Source: Podarcis tiliguerta
Taxonomy: Eukaryota
Assembly: GCA_965153285.1 (NCBI GenBank)
Contig: OZ229114.1
Length of the DNA stretch: 64,000 bases
Direction: 5' to 3' (one strand)
Positions within the stretch are counted from its first letter, which is position 1, and each line of letters opens with the position of its first letter. This document shows, piece after piece, positions 1 through 13,562 of the stretch. The notes below the pieces were generated by a model. The model did not search any database, was not told where the DNA came from, and saw nothing but the letters and a program-made list of their open reading frames with translations. A program made the position numbers and the translations under genes.

Positions 1-232
1 GATGGGGTGAGCTCCCATTGCTCGGTCCCTGCTCCTGCCTACCTAGCAGTTCGAAAGCACGTCAAGTGCAAGTAGAGAAATAGGTACCACTCCGGTGGGA
101 AGGTAAACAGCGTTTCCGTGTGCTGCTCTGTTTTGCCAGAAGCGGCTTAGTCATGCTGGACACATGACCCGGAAGCTCTCTGTGGACAAATGCCAGCTCC
201 CTCAGCCTACGGTCAGGGGTACCTTTACCTTT
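1..232 (+). mobile_element. Sauria SINE (5' end cut by window edge, internal deletion)
   Basis: Sauria SINE core (ggggtgagctcccattgctcggtccctgctcctgcc...gtgcaagtag...gggaaggtaaac) ending in an (ACCTTT)n tail. Confidence 0.92.
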
Positions 233-311
233 ATGTTTTATTTAGATCCATTTAATGTGTTGCCATTTTGTACTATAATTAATAAATAAATAACAACAAC
301 AACAACAACCA

Positions 312-1150
312 TGTTGTGCTTGGGAACAGATCATTGAGTTCTGTCTTTCCAATTCAATCCCTTAATCGTGTCCTCCCTAAAAGAGGACATGTATTGCAGT
401 GAGACCTGGAGACTGATCTCCTGGTTGTGGGTGGGTATATTGGATAAGCCACAACACCCGATTGGTAGGTCCCTAGTTGCTGGGTTTAATCTGGCCAATG
501 GGGTGCAGTCTGAACGGATCAAGGGACCTAAATATGCCTATGCACGTGACCCAGAGCTTCCTCTTTCGGCTCATGCATCGGAACACCCGCCCACCTCTCC
601 CTAATTTTAGGGCATTTTGCGATTGACCTTGCTATGCCATCATGTGTCATCTGTCGTTGGGACAGGGGCATTACAGGAATTTTCCCCACTTGGCTGATTG
701 GCTGTAGCCATTTGGGTTTTGCCTGCCGTGTAGCAATTCATCACAACTTGTAAGGTTGCGGATAGGCATGTGATAGGGATGGGAGAATGGTCTCACCATC
801 CCTATGTGAAGGGTATTCCGTTAAAGGAATCCAGGGACTCAACTTGGTTTGGTCAACCCCCGAGAGAGGGTTGTGCCCGTGTCTGAGTCCAGGGGAGCAT
901 CTGGGAAGTGAACAGAGTCTGTTGCCAGACTTTTCACCTGCCTCAGGTGTTCACCCTTGGCTGACCTATGATAGAGCTCTGGGTCAGTGCTACCTGCAAG
1001 GCTGCAAGCTAGTCGAACCAGAGCCTATGCAACCACTCACTTTTCTGTAATCAATAAAGTTGTGGCCTAAATTCTGCCAAAAACCCAAACTAAAATTTGA
1101 GTCAAATGTGTCTTTATTTAGGGGAGAGGCCTCTGGGTCTGAACACACAA
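312..1150 (+). mobile_element. Non-coding Ngaro/DIRS-like terminal-repeat remnant (copy 1)
   Basis: Shares attgaccttgctatg, ggtattc(c/t)gttaaaggaatccaggg, caataaagttgtggcctaaa and the 3' end gggtctg(a/g)aca with the inverted copy at 15035-16070. Shares caataaagttgt(g/c)gcctaa with the recombinase/SGNH-bearing element at 2135-3930. No TSD seen. Confidence 0.6.
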
Positions 1151-2510
1151 GTACAAACAACTGAAACTTTTTAATTGCAAACCCTGCAAAAGAGGCCTAA
1201 CATCATGCCAGTTCTTAGTTAAGGTACGATAGAAAGGTAACTATGTAAGCAGGTAACATTTTCCCCAGTGTGTGCTACATTATTGAGGATCCTTTCCAAG
1301 TACATACGTAAGAAGATGAAGATCATATCTAATTGGGTATGTATCAGAAATGTAATGCAAGTAGGATGTCTTACAAACAAGTGAACAAATCAAACTTTGA
1401 AACCAACTGTATCCTGCTCTTCATTTGGCATCACTCAGCTTAGTTAAAACACCAGGTTGCTGACAATCTGGTGTTTCAATATCAGTTTCCCTCCTGTTTT
1501 CATTTTTCCTGTTTTCAGTCCACATTTCTGCATCAGGGTTTTTAAAAATCCCCATTAAAACCCATCAGCATTTAAAAGCTCATTTCCCTCAATACACCAT
1601 TTTTTTGTTATGAATTTTCCCTTATAAAATAATTTTTGTTATTTACACTAATATAAGCATTATTACACACACTTTCCTCTTGCAATGAATTTGCTGCTTG
1701 GAGAGCTGCATCAAAACATTTTGAGAAATGCACATTTTGCTCTGCTTTGGGTTCACACATTCTTTTGGGAAGTGTGAATTAGGAAAGGTTCACATTAAAA
1801 TCTGTACTGAACCAAATTTCTCCCCTGTTCCTTTGAGTGACAAAACAAACATGGCTTAGCACACTGCCCATTTTGATTTAAATTATGTAAAATAATCAAA
1901 TTTATGCAGGGGTAAGTGTCTGAAGTTATACAACCTGAATGAATTCATTACCGCCATACTCTCAACCATCAGGAGTGAATTAAAGACCATGAATAATTGA
2001 ACTAAGCACACAAATATTAAATAAATTCTGAAATCCATTCAAAGTAAAGATCCCCAACCATTGGGCTGCTTTGAAATATGTTAAAAGATGTATTACTCCA
2101 GCTTTACCACTGACATATAGGGTACAATTTGAGAGTACACACGCTGAACCCCTGTCCCTGGAGCCTACCCCCCCAAAGGAGACATGACTCCAGTGTATGG
2201 GTTCAAATTAGGCGACAACTTTATTGAATTTCAGATGTAGGAAACTTGGCCTAAGCCTTGGAAGGTATCCCTCTCAACCTGTAGGGTATGAGGATGTGCA
2301 GGGCTAACAAGTGAAGTGGGAGGGAACTGTAAAGCATGAACTTACACAGCGTGCCCTCCCACATCACCTCAGTTGGGAGTTTGACCTACTTGTCGCCGCT
2401 CTAGGGCCAGTGACTCCCCTAATCAACCCTTTAATGGGCCCTGCCAGACGCTGCCCCGTGGGGGTGCATGAGATGCTCCCCCCAACTCAAAGATAGACTA
2501 TAGGATACCT

Positions 2511-2875
2511 AAAGGTAAAGGTAAAGGTACCCCTGCCCGTACGGGCCAGTCTTGACAGACTCTAGGGTTGTGCGCCCATCTCACTCAAAGAGGCCAAGGG
2601 CCAGCGCTGTCCGGAGACACTTCCGGGTCACGTGGCCAGCGTGACATCGCTGCTCTGGCGAGCCAGAGCCGCACACGGAAACGCCGTTTACCTTCCCGCT
2701 AGTAAGCGGTCCCTATTTATCTACTTGCACCCAGGGGTGCTTTCGAACTGCTAGGTTGGCAGGCGCTGGGACCGAACAACGGGAGCGCACCCCGCCGCGG
2801 GGATTCGAACCGCCGACCTTTCGATCGGCAAGTCCTAGGCACTGAGGCTTTAACCCACAGTGCCACCCACGTCCC
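2511..2875 (-). mobile_element. Full-length Sauria SINE (distinct subfamily)
   Basis: tRNA-derived head with B box ggttcgaatcc, (ACCTTT)n tail, TSD taggataccta at 2501-2511 and 2883-2893. Confidence 0.93.
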
Positions 2876-3007
2876 TACGCGGTAGGATACCTACCAAGGC
2901 CAAAAAAACCACCACCCGAGGCCCAAGATGGGCCTTGCCGCCAAGAAACCTACAACTGAAAGCCCCCCCCCCCAAAAAAAAAACAAGCACTGAAACTTAA
3001 CCCAAGG

Positions 3008-3574
3008 TCACGCCTTGTTGCCCACCCAATATTTGATGCCTTGGTGCATATTGCGCAGCCAGGTGTCATTACCCAAGGGGGTCAGGTGCACCCCGTCTGA
3101 CTTGAACAGCACCACATTGCCTACTCTGATGTCGGAGTGGGAAATAGAGAAGCCACCAATTTGTCGCATGGCCCTGTTAATATTTTGCACCGCATAATTG
3201 ATGCAAGAAGGCCTACTGACCCCTCTCCAGCACAGGCAGGGAAGGAGTTTGGACCAGCAGATGGTCATAGTCGGGTGCATGGCATGCAAGTGTTCGATGC
3301 CTGCCTTTGCAGCTAGGGTCAAGCTGATGCCTTTTTGCTCCACTGTCATTCTCTCCCAGGTGCACTACCAATAACGCAGGTGGGCCGTGCACAGCAGCAG
3401 CTCTGTGCAGCATGGGCATCAGGGCATGCTGACGCATGCCACGTCGGCCCATCCAATAGATATGTACCTTAGGGTGGATGTCAAGATTATGGCCTCAGAC
3501 ATGTGAAGAGGCATAGGACGCCGCCCAGTGAACTATGCTGTGTCCCACAACCCAGACCTCCGTGCTGGGGAGAT
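3008..3574 (-). pseudogene. SGNH/GDSL hydrolase-like ORF of the Ngaro-like element (one stop, one frameshift)
   Basis: VWVVGHSIV (block I), GRRGM (block II), LLVVHLGEND (block III), FKSDGVHLTPLGN (block V). TGA at 3495-3497; frameshift near 3345. Confidence 0.8.
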
Positions 3575-3987
3575 CTGCAAGAAAATTAAATGGCAACCAT
3601 TAGAGAAAGCATTCAGGGATGGATGTATCCCCTGTAGACCATGGAACGCCAACGACCCAGTGCCTTGAACCTAGAGAGGTAAGAGCCAAGTGAGGCTTGG
3701 GTGAAGCATTGGCCCCTTTTCCCCTGGCCTCCATCCCATGCCCAGCCAGCTGCCCATTGTCCTACCTAAGCTGGGGGCAGGTCGACGGCTGACTTATATC
3801 CGGGGATGGCCCTAGCCAGGTAACCAGCGTGGTGTTGCAAACCCCGCACCATCCTTTGGGAGGGGTTGGGTGGAAATTCAGGACTTAAGGCTCAATCATG
3901 GTTGAGCTTGTTGAGTCCTATAACACCAGTAACCTCCCAACTCCCAAATCAGAGTCACATTTATCTCCATCCTGTGCAGGTGTCTAA

Positions 3988-4068
3988 GCCTGCAATCCTA
4001 CACATGCTTACCTGGGTCTAAGTCATATTGAACTTACTTCGGAATAGACATACATAGGATTGCACTGT
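3988..4068. repeat. Short palindromic MITE-like element (GCAATCCTA...TAGGATTGC)
   Basis: Inverted termini with an internal cttacctggg...taag. Related copies at ~26900, 30145, 31056, 41175, 48370, 49530, 52750, 59585. Confidence 0.6.
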
Positions 4069-5107
4069 ATGCAGTTGAACACTCTGCAATGTGCAAGTGG
4101 TATGACAACTGTGTAGGTAAGTAGGTAGAAAATAGCATAAATAGCTTAGTGGATCCTTCTGGTCCTAAGCTCACAAACTCATAGTTGGAGGTAATGCTGC
4201 ATTTAAATTTAAAATAAGAGCAGCAAAGCCTAGAACTGATATGCAGGAATCTTCAGCTGGGCTAAGTTTGCATAAGAAGGGTGGTCATGCAAGGTACATC
4301 TGCTGAAATTCCCTCTTCTACACAACTGCAGAAGCTTGAATTTTTAACTGAAAATTCATGGGCGTGGGAGGAGAACAGGTTTAATAATGCCTTTTCATCT
4401 GCCTTGCCTAGTATCTTGTCCTGGCTGTTTTTGCTTTTTATAAAAACTAACATCCTAAAAATACCTGTGGAGGAAAGAAACATAGGATTCTGTGTATACT
4501 ATAGCTTGAGCCTCAGAACGAGGCCTGAGAGAGCAGCTTTCCAGCCTGTGGGTATTGGCAGAGATATGATTGAAGCTAGAATTGTTTTTCCTGCTGACAC
4601 ATTTAGAAAATATTTAGAGGAAGAGGAAGAGAATGAGCTTTAAACATTCAATCTTGATATTTTAATGTACAGCACAGGAAAACAATGCCATGTGCGGGCA
4701 TAGCCTTTTATGCTTTGTGTTAAACACATCTGCTGCCAAAAACGACCGCTTTAAACCAAACAAATTTCTCAAGCACAATACAGGTTATACTTGACAGATA
4801 GCATCTATCTGTTGTTTATGCTCTGCCTAAAATTTACCTGAGCCAATCAACTACTTTCATTTGCTTTTGCACCTTCCGGAATTTGTCTATGTGTTAAAAC
4901 ATATTTGCAATATTTATTTATTCTGCCATCTGTCCCACAAGCTCTACATTTTCAACAGTTTAGACTAGAGAGAGAGGGCCAAAAATCACCTGAGCGTCGT
5001 AAAATTAGTCCATGACTGTCAATGCAACACATTGAGAACACAGCTGCTGTCCTGCTGCCTGATTTAATGAGGTTCCTAAAGTATGTGGACAAGTATTCCT
5101 TCTCTTG

Positions 5108-5121
5108 GTTACCATGGAAAC
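5108..5121. promoter_or_regulatory. RFX X-box motif
   Basis: GTTACCATGGAAAC matches the palindromic RFX consensus and lies in apparently non-repetitive DNA. Confidence 0.45.
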
Positions 5122-5425
5122 AGAAGAGGGAGCTTTGAGCAGGTGTCAGAAGCATTGCAATCAATATGAATCAGCTCATAGCCCATCATCTGTGGGGAAG
5201 TGTTGTCCAAGCTACTGTGAAGACATCCTTAATCCAGTCCTCTTAGTTGCCTACAGGTTCCAGCATACAGGAAAGCTATACATTTAATCCAAAATTCACT
5301 CACACAAAGCTAGCTGAAATCTGCTTCATTAGATAAAGAAGCACTGAAATAAAAGTTACCGTAAAACAACTTCTTCTTGTTCGTAATATATATAGCTGGA
5401 TGTGCTATGATATATGTGGAACACG

Positions 5426-5620
5426 TATAAGAACATAAGAAAATCCTGGTGGATCAGGCCAGCATCCTGTTTTCACAGTGGCCAACCAGATGCCTGTGGT
5501 AAGTCCAGCAGCAGGACTTGATCGCAACCACACTCTCTTCTCCTGTGGTTTCAAGCAACTGGTATTCAGAAGCATACTGCCTCTGGCTGTGGAGGCAGAG
5601 AAGAGCAGTCATGACTAGTA
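5426..5620 (-). mobile_element. CR1 LINE 3' end fragment
   Basis: taagaacataagaa tail plus ggatcaggcc...cacagtggccaaccagatgcc, typical of a reverse CR1 3'UTR. Similar piece at ~23090-23190. Confidence 0.7.
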
Positions 5621-7155
5621 GCAGATTTTTTGACAAAGATTGAGCAAGTTTAGACATAATGCTAAACTATGGTTACACATTACATGAATGAGCTTTGGAT
5701 TTGCTTGTTCCCCTCTTCCTTCTCCTGCTCTGGTATTGTGGTGAGGCGGTATTTGGAAGCAACTGCCTCCAGTTTAATCAGATTCACACCTAAACTTGAG
5801 AAGCTCTGGTTGGCGAAAAAGCCAGGACCACCGTTATTATTTGCAATGGGCTTTCCAGTAAAAGTTATTGTGTGACTCGTGTTTTACAATATAACCTCAT
5901 TGATTCATACCTTCTGTAAATTGATACTTCCAGAGGTTTGATAGGCCTCTCCTGCTATGTGATTTATGTTTCTAATCTACATCATTGTACTACAAGAAAA
6001 TGTCAGAATCTCCATATTTTCTATTGTATATGCTGAGGCATTAATCCACCAATAACCCTACCATCTCATTTAAACCAGTTGTAGTGCGGGAAAACTGATA
6101 ATCATAGGGTCAGTGAAAGAGAGCTGTCATATAAGGTTATATTGATACTAGACCACAAACAGATATCTAGGAAGTTCACATTTGGGATAATGAGGCTGCG
6201 CGCTTATATATATATATACGCATAAAGAACACCTCCATATAATCTATCAACAATACTTTCTCTTTGTTCAGGATACTCTTATTCCATGCACAGAAACTTA
6301 CAACTCTCTTCATTGAAAGGATGTTTGGGTTCTCTCTTCTACATCTGATTCCAATGTGGCACATGCAAGAAGAATTCTCTTCTTTTCCCATTAAAAAACA
6401 ACAACTGTATATACCTTGACCTTGAATCTCAAGACTGTAACCACTGGTCACATTCTAAAGAAAACTTGGAGACCCAAATCTCACTAAAGTTCTCACTCAT
6501 ATGCACATGTCCCACTGAAATCAATGCTATCTAACTGTGCATGTCCCATAGATTTAAGGCACACTTAGGATAGCTCTATGTCATCCTTTTCAGAAGTCAG
6601 CCCTCTATTTAAAAGCACCCTATGTTTGAAGGGCAAATTAAAGATAAAGAACCCTAAGAATGGGCTAGTAGGAGGGACCTTGAAGCAGCCCACCAAAAGT
6701 AAGCACTTGAACAACAGACTCAGCAGGCACACAGGCCACCTGGTCATAATCATCCCCACTAAGGCAAGAGCTATTGTTTTTCTATTTAAATGATGGTAAT
6801 TATTTCAAAATGTACATAGTAGCTTATGCAATTTTTATGCAGATCTCTTCATTTTTAGTGATACATTTCCTCTTTAAAGGCAGTGTGTAAGTGTCCACTC
6901 TAGGCACACTTTCTCTGATCAGGGTTCTCTCCCGCCCCCCCAACAGTAGGTATTGTCAATAGGAATGGCCATTGCCAATAGTCTTGACAAGCCAACTGAA
7001 ATACTATTTTGCCACAATGAATGGGTCTATTGGCTGGAAATCATTTTCTACTAAGGCAGCAGAAATTTCAAATTTCAGATCCAATGATGATTTGCTGTGT
7101 TTTCATGGAATCCTCCAAATCTTTAGCAGAAAGTGGGAAGCCATAACCTGTCAGC

Positions 7156-7156
7156 G

Positions 7157-7199
<43 letters not shown>

Positions 7200-7614
7200 G
7201 TCTAACTCTTTGTGACCACATGGACCAGAGCATGCCAGGCACTCCTGTCTTCTACTGCCTCCCACAGTTTGGTCAAACTCAGGCTGGTAGCTTCGAGAAC
7301 ACTGTCCAACCATCTCGTCCTCTGTCGTCCCCTTCTCCTTGCGCCCTCAATCTTCCCCAATATCAGGGTCTTTTCCAGGGAGTCTTCTCTTCTCATGAGG
7401 TGGCCAAAGTACTGGAGCCTCAGCTTCAGGATCTGTCCTTCCAGTGAGCACTCAGAGCTGATTTCCTTAAGGATGGATAGGTTTTATCTTCTTGCAGTCC
7501 ATGGGACTCTCAAGAGTCTCGTCCAGCACCATAATTCAAAAGCATCAATTCTTCGGTGATCAGCCTTCTTTATGGTCCAGCTCTCACTTCCATACATCAC
7601 TACTGGGAAAACCA
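7156..7614 (-). mobile_element. BovB (RTE) LINE 3' fragment
   Basis: Minus strand encodes MRREDSLEKTLILGKIEGARRRGRQRTRWLD (BovB ORF C-terminus); (CAA)n tail. Confidence 0.95.
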
Positions 7615-7619
7615 GCATA

Positions 7620-7923
7620 AGAGTATCTAAAGGGCTGTCATAGGGAGAGTGCAGCACGTTTATTTTCTCCTCCTCCAGAGGCTAGGACCCGAACCAATGG
7701 ATTCAAGTTACAAGAAAGGAGATTCCAACTAAACATCTAGAAGAACTTTCTGACTGTAAGAGCTGCTCAGCTGTGGAATGTTGTTCCTCCTTCACTGGAA
7801 GATTTTAAGCAGAGATCGGATGGCCATCTGTTGTATATGATCTACTTGAGATTCCTGCATTGCAGGGAATTGGACCTGATGACCCCCAGGGCCCCTTCCA
7901 CCTTTATAGCTCTGATTCTATGA
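7620..7923 (+). mobile_element. CR1 LINE 3' end
   Basis: aagggctgtcat...aaccaatggattcaagttacaagaaaggagattcc...aagaactttctgactgtaagagc...ttctatga. Confidence 0.85.
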
Positions 7924-9514
7924 AATTTTAATGTACTAATAATGCTAATGGCAATGCTGCATATAAAGATGACTCAGCCATTAATCTTTCCAATAACAAA
8001 GATGCTCGCTGCCAAAAGTCTTGATTCCCAGATACTTTTCATCTCCAGGATAAACTGTTTATCTCCCATCCACTTCCATCCAGATACAGAACCACATGTT
8101 TGAACATTACCTTTAAGCCCAGAGCATAGAATAAGGAAAGAACGTAACAAGGATGAGTCATGCTTGTTTACATTATGTTAGTAAAACTCTAGAATGTCCA
8201 CAGATTGATTTACACAATCAAACAGATACATTGTGTCCCAGCCAAAGCTGACTAATCAAGCCTATTGAGCAGAAAAAGGGAAAGAAAATAATAGAGAATT
8301 ATCATGTTCTGTTTCCATTTTATTCTCTGTTCTACCTAAAGTTGAGAATTCATCACAAACATATATTTAAGGAATATTTAAGGAAGTATCAAGATGGACC
8401 TCAAAAGGAGGCAGATGTGGTCAGAGAACACATTGTTTCCATGTTTTTGTAGTAGTTAAATCACTTCATTACATCTGCATTAAGAGTTTAGTTTCTCTTG
8501 CACAAAAGAAATAAAATTGTTCTTTTTCTTTGATGTTATAATTTTCTATATAATGAGTATTAAATGCCCTGAATGCATTCTGAAGTAGTGCAGCCTCGCG
8601 AGTGATTTTTGTGTGTGTTTCTGGCTCTTAGTTAGTCATAGTTTTCTTCTTGGACTCATTTTCTAACATTATGGTCTGTGCTCTCTTTTGCTGAAATGGC
8701 TCCTTACCCAGTCTCTGGGTGGGTGGTAGTTGCGGCCTATCATGGCAGGCCCTCAGCTCCACAAACCAAAAACCTCCCCATCATGTGGCTGCCAGTTGGG
8801 GAATTCCCACAGCCAGCTGCAAAGGATGGTGGGATAACTCAGCATTACCAGGATTTCAAATTGGCCAATCAGATGGCCTAGCTATAAAGCCTAGCTGCGC
8901 CCAAGTTTGGGATCACAATCAGCCAAAGAGCAAGCAGCAAGCAGAACTGCAATTATTTTGGGAAGAACTCTGTGGATGCTTTATTCCACAATTCCATGTG
9001 TGCAAATATTTTTTATAGAATCATGTTCTGTTTCTCCACTGAGTAAGCTTTGGTAGATGAAAATATGTGTAGCGGTAATAAATATTCTGATAATATATGT
9101 ATGTTCTGTATGAGTATACAAGAATGACCATAGTGGATTAGACCCAAGGTCCATTTTGTAGCAATCCAGCAAAGAGTTGTATACAGTTCAGTTCTTGATT
9201 TCAGGCAAGGAAGTCTTCTATCCTGATTAAAACATGCTCTGCTTTAGCAACAGAAATGGATCATATAACTTCAGATCATACTCTGAGCCTTCAATAGATG
9301 ACAACTTTGCAAGTTCACAGAACCAGAATGTAATGATTTCTGAAGCCTACTGATTGTCCCTCTTTGCACATCCTCATAAAAATGAATGACACCCACTACG
9401 CCCAGTTATAAACATATAACATCTGATGAAGTGACAAGGAAGGTGGAGGTGTTCTTGTCAATTCTTCCTTTAAAAAGATAACATACACTACAAATGAAAA
9501 GAATACTACTTCAG

Positions 9515-10460
9515 GCCAGTGATGGCTTCATAGATGGAGTCAACAGGAGAGGTTTGATATCTGAAGTCACTGTATATGCTTCCTTATTGAAGGATCACGG
9601 GCAGGAGATTGGCTACACCTCAGGGGGGAAATATGCTTGACAGAAATATTGTGAAACTGATCAAGAGGGTTTTAAACTAAATTCTGTGGGAGGGGTGGAG
9701 ACAAAAGCTAAAAGGTAAGTACAAAGATAGAGACATTTGCACATAACAACTATGACTTTTGATGTCTGTATACTAATGTGAGGACTGAGGAGCTAAACAA
9801 TATGATCTTGAACTCCTAATACAGGAAGGTAAATATGACTTAATAGGTACAGCTGAGACTTTGATTGGATGCCTCCCATGGTTGAAATGTATCAATTCAA
9901 GGATATGACTTTTTCAAAAAAAGAGGAAGGGTAGCACCATGTCAAAAATGTGTTCACCTGCACAGAACAGACCTTGGGACTGCAGTTGATCACAAGCTGC
10001 ACATGATCCAGCAGTGTGATGCTGTTGCAAAAATGGATAATGTGATTTTAGGTTTCATTAATAGAAATGTATTTCCAAAGCATGAGAGTAATATTCCCAC
10101 TGTATCCTGCTCTACTCAGGCCACATCTGGGAGTATAATGTGTGGAGTTCTGGCCACTGCACTTTAAGTAGGATGTTGGCAAAATGGAACAGGTTCAGAG
10201 AAGGGCAATTAATATGGGTCAGGGTGATGGAAAACATATTCTATGAGAAAAAGTGACTATGCTAAGTTACAGGAGTGTACATTCAGTTGAACATTTGGAG
10301 AAATGACTTAATGCTAAGAGTATTGTTGACCATGGAACCAATTACCTGTTTGGGCAGTGGGTGGGGATGGACTCACTGGCAGTCCTCCAACAGAAGCTAG
10401 CTATCCATATGCTGTAGCTCTAGATTTCCTGTGTTGAATAGAGACTGGATAGTGAACAAG
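9515..10460 (+). mobile_element. Degraded, internally deleted CR1 LINE
   Basis: ORF1-end (GDWLHL) and ORF2-start (CLYTN) remnants, then RT C-terminal pieces (gatcacaagctg...cagcagtgtgatgct; gaacaggttcagagaagggcaa). Confidence 0.75.
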
Positions 10461-10469
10461 GCCTCTTTG

Positions 10470-10795
10470 AACACCATGCACTTAAAACACACCCAATGCA
10501 CATTCAAAGAATGTGACTTTCCCCCAAAGAATACTGGGAACTTTAGTTCCCCCACCACATCCTTAACAAAGTACAGTTCCTAGGATTCATTGGGGAAGTT
10601 ATGTGCCTTAACCAGGGCTGGCCCAAGACATTTTGGCACCTGAGGCAAACCACAAAATGACCCCTGAGGTGGTAACTTCACCTTGCCTTATGGGTAGGAT
10701 GCCCCTGAATTTAACTGTGCATTGGATGTGTTTTAAATACATGGTATGGATCTGTTCTGTGATTTCTCAGCCATGATGCTTTGAAAGAAGACAGG
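10470..10795. mobile_element. Old palindromic MITE with a probable nested insert
   Basis: caccatgcacttaaaacacacccaatgcaca and tgtgcattggatgtgttttaaatacatggt form imperfect inverted ends. Confidence 0.5.
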
Positions 10796-13562
10796 TGGGC
10801 ATCTGGTGTATATCCAAACACTACTGTCCACGTGTACAGAATATTAAGCCCATTACATGCCTTCATGAGCCCCTACCCATCTACACTACAGGTGGAATGC
10901 TGGATAAAAGCATGTTGTGAAGACTGTATTTAAGGCTGTGAGAAAAGGCACCTGCCTTTTCAAGATACTTCTCCAAATTATCATCTCAGGTACTTTATGG
11001 CACAGGCCTCTCACAAAAGGGCATGAGAAATAACCTACATGTTGTTGTTATAGCAGTTAGAAAAGGCAATTGTTTGATTCAAGGCACTGAACCAGCAGGA
11101 TGCTGGTTGGAAGTGCTAAGGATGTTCATGAGTTGTGACTAAACACATTTATATTTTGAGAAATTGCCACGTCAAATGTCTTACTGGTGTCACATTTTTT
11201 AGCACTCCTTATATCTACTTGCATTAGGAAAGAGACTGCAACCAACAATGAAATCCACTGAGGTGGCAAACAGATGAGGTCACATTTCCCCTACACTTTT
11301 TAACAGATGTTACAGCTTAAGATGCTCAGAAAGACAAAGCTTTCATTCCAGCCCTAAGGAGCCATTTTCTACAAAGTGATGTTCTATGCTCAGCAAAGTA
11401 AGTGTCACTTCGTGTCATGTCACTCAGTAATGTTGTCCTATACTGTAAACATGAAAGACAATATGAGATTCTAAATGTTTTATTCAGTGCTAACAGCAAT
11501 TTGTTTTACACCCCTTTCTCATAATTACATTTGTCATTGAAATAGACTTCTGTTTAGCATCCACTGCCTCATCCTTCTGCCTTTGGAATGTCATGAGGAT
11601 ATTTTGATGTTGAAAGGAAATGTTTTTGAAGCACAAAGTCTCTTAAAAAAATAATTCTAAATATCCCTAGTGCAGAGTTCCAATTGATTAAAAATGGCAT
11701 GCAAGCCCATATATTTAAAATAAAAGAAGACTGACATATATAATTGTGCAAAGGGAATATATAATCCCTTTGCAATGGAAGGCAGAATATGAAATTCTAT
11801 TATGGGATCAGATAGAGATGGACAACATCGCCCTGCTACAGAGCTGAAGAGCATTAGATTCCATGTATTTAAGACCCCACATGGAATTACACCCCTATTA
11901 TACAGCCACCAGCTAAGTGCAAGTTTGATCCATATGCTCAGGCAAACTTCACTCTTTGGGGTAACTCACACGTAGCCATAGGCTATGTACACATTAAAAC
12001 ACGGCTAGGTCATTCTCTTTCTCAGTTTGGGTCTGGGGTGGGGAAAAATACACCAAAACACAGTATTTCATAAGAAATGACAGGGCAGATACAAGATAGA
12101 TGTGGACTGTGTACACCATTTCCCAAACCAGGAGTGGGAGCACACTGAATACAGAGGAACTGGGAGTGTGTGCATGGCCACACATCAATTTTATGGAACT
12201 CTTCAATCAAAAGAGTGTTTTGCACATCTCATGGCTTCTGACTCAAGATAGCTGGTTTTAAACTCCTAAAATGATCCTAGAGGATTTCCATCTCCTCTCC
12301 CCCACTGCTCCCCACACCACACCAATGAGATAGCAGCACTCATTGCAGCTCAAACACAGTATTGTGGCAAAGTTTGGTTCAGATGTGCTCAGTGCTGCAG
12401 GTACACCAGGCCAGCTGCCAGAGGTATGAATTTTCAAGGAAATTAATTCCTTGGTATGTGAAACATTGTGCCCTAACTTAGACCTAATCAGAAACAGGTG
12501 GAACATAGAATTAAAAGACAGCCTACATACTGGAAAGATGCCTTCCTGACTACTTATTAGATTAAGACTAATCCAGCAAAAGATTTTATGTTGAGATTAT
12601 TGGACACCAGCACATTTTAAACATCTGGACATCCTAACCGAAGATGAATGCTGATGATGTAAGCAGCCACAATCAGCCACAATACATCTACTTTAGAGGT
12701 GTCCAGTTGTGCCTGTGTGGCAGGAAGTCTGAACCAGAACTAATTTGGCCTTAGATAACACCCTTGAGAAAGGGGGTGTTCATGCCATAACAGGCCATAT
12801 GGCTGCTAAGAAGAGGTTGGTGGGATGGCAAAAAGAATAATTCTTTAATCCTGGAAATCGCTTGCCAGTTGCCACACTGGGTATTGAGGGCTTGATGCAG
12901 GACCTTCTGAAGTGAGCAGCCCATGAAAATACTCTGTTCAGTAAACTGAGGAAGGAAGGAAGTTTTCATGAAACTTGGAATGAGTTCTTAGAACTCCTTT
13001 CTGACTGATATCTATAGCTTAAGGCTTTGGGAGATACCTTGCATACAATAGATAGCTATTTTTGCTGCCATCGCCCCTTCCCAAGTTGCATGGCAGTGAT
13101 TTCTGGTGAAATTCTACCAGAAGCCACTACATGAGCCTAGTAAGCAAGGTGGGAGGGGGCACTTCCTATTTTACATCAAGCAGTGAAATAGGGCAGGCCA
13201 TCCCTGATGAAACTTCTAGCGGCAATGCAGTGGAACGAAGAGGGTGTTCAAACCTTCCCCCAGCTTGTTATGTACTGAAGTCCTCACCCTGGGCCAGCAG
13301 GGGGATAGTGTAGATAGTTATGCAAATGAAGGATCGAAAAGTGACGTTCAGTGATTGGATAGTTTTAGAAAATGGCAACAGTTACAATTGTTCTGGAGCT
13401 CTATATAAGCAGGCTGACTGAGCCCCTCAGCTTAGTTCTGTTCCAGCTTACAAATAAAGAGCTGCTTTGGAAGAATCACTGTGTCGTCTGCTATGTTCGC
13501 CTACAACTTAACACAGCTGATTCTTTTTCTTTGCAGCTTCCTTTTGAAAGTAACCCTCCGCC

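Larger units (their letters stand above)
2135..3930 (-). mobile_element. Internally deleted Ngaro/DIRS-type tyrosine-recombinase retrotransposon, interrupted by a Sauria SINE
   Basis: Recombinase C-terminus RFKALGRWRSMVYRGYIHP* at 3672-3613, then an SGNH-like ORF, then a 3' repeat with the caataaagttgtcgcctaa block. Confidence 0.75.

Noticed and set aside
4281-4643. 120-aa ORF ending in EEEEENEL
   Set aside because: No recognisable family and no convincing splice context.
6972-7559. Poly-Leu/Cys/Thr ORFs resembling signal peptides
   Set aside because: Translations of the BovB (CAA)n tail and of antisense BovB.
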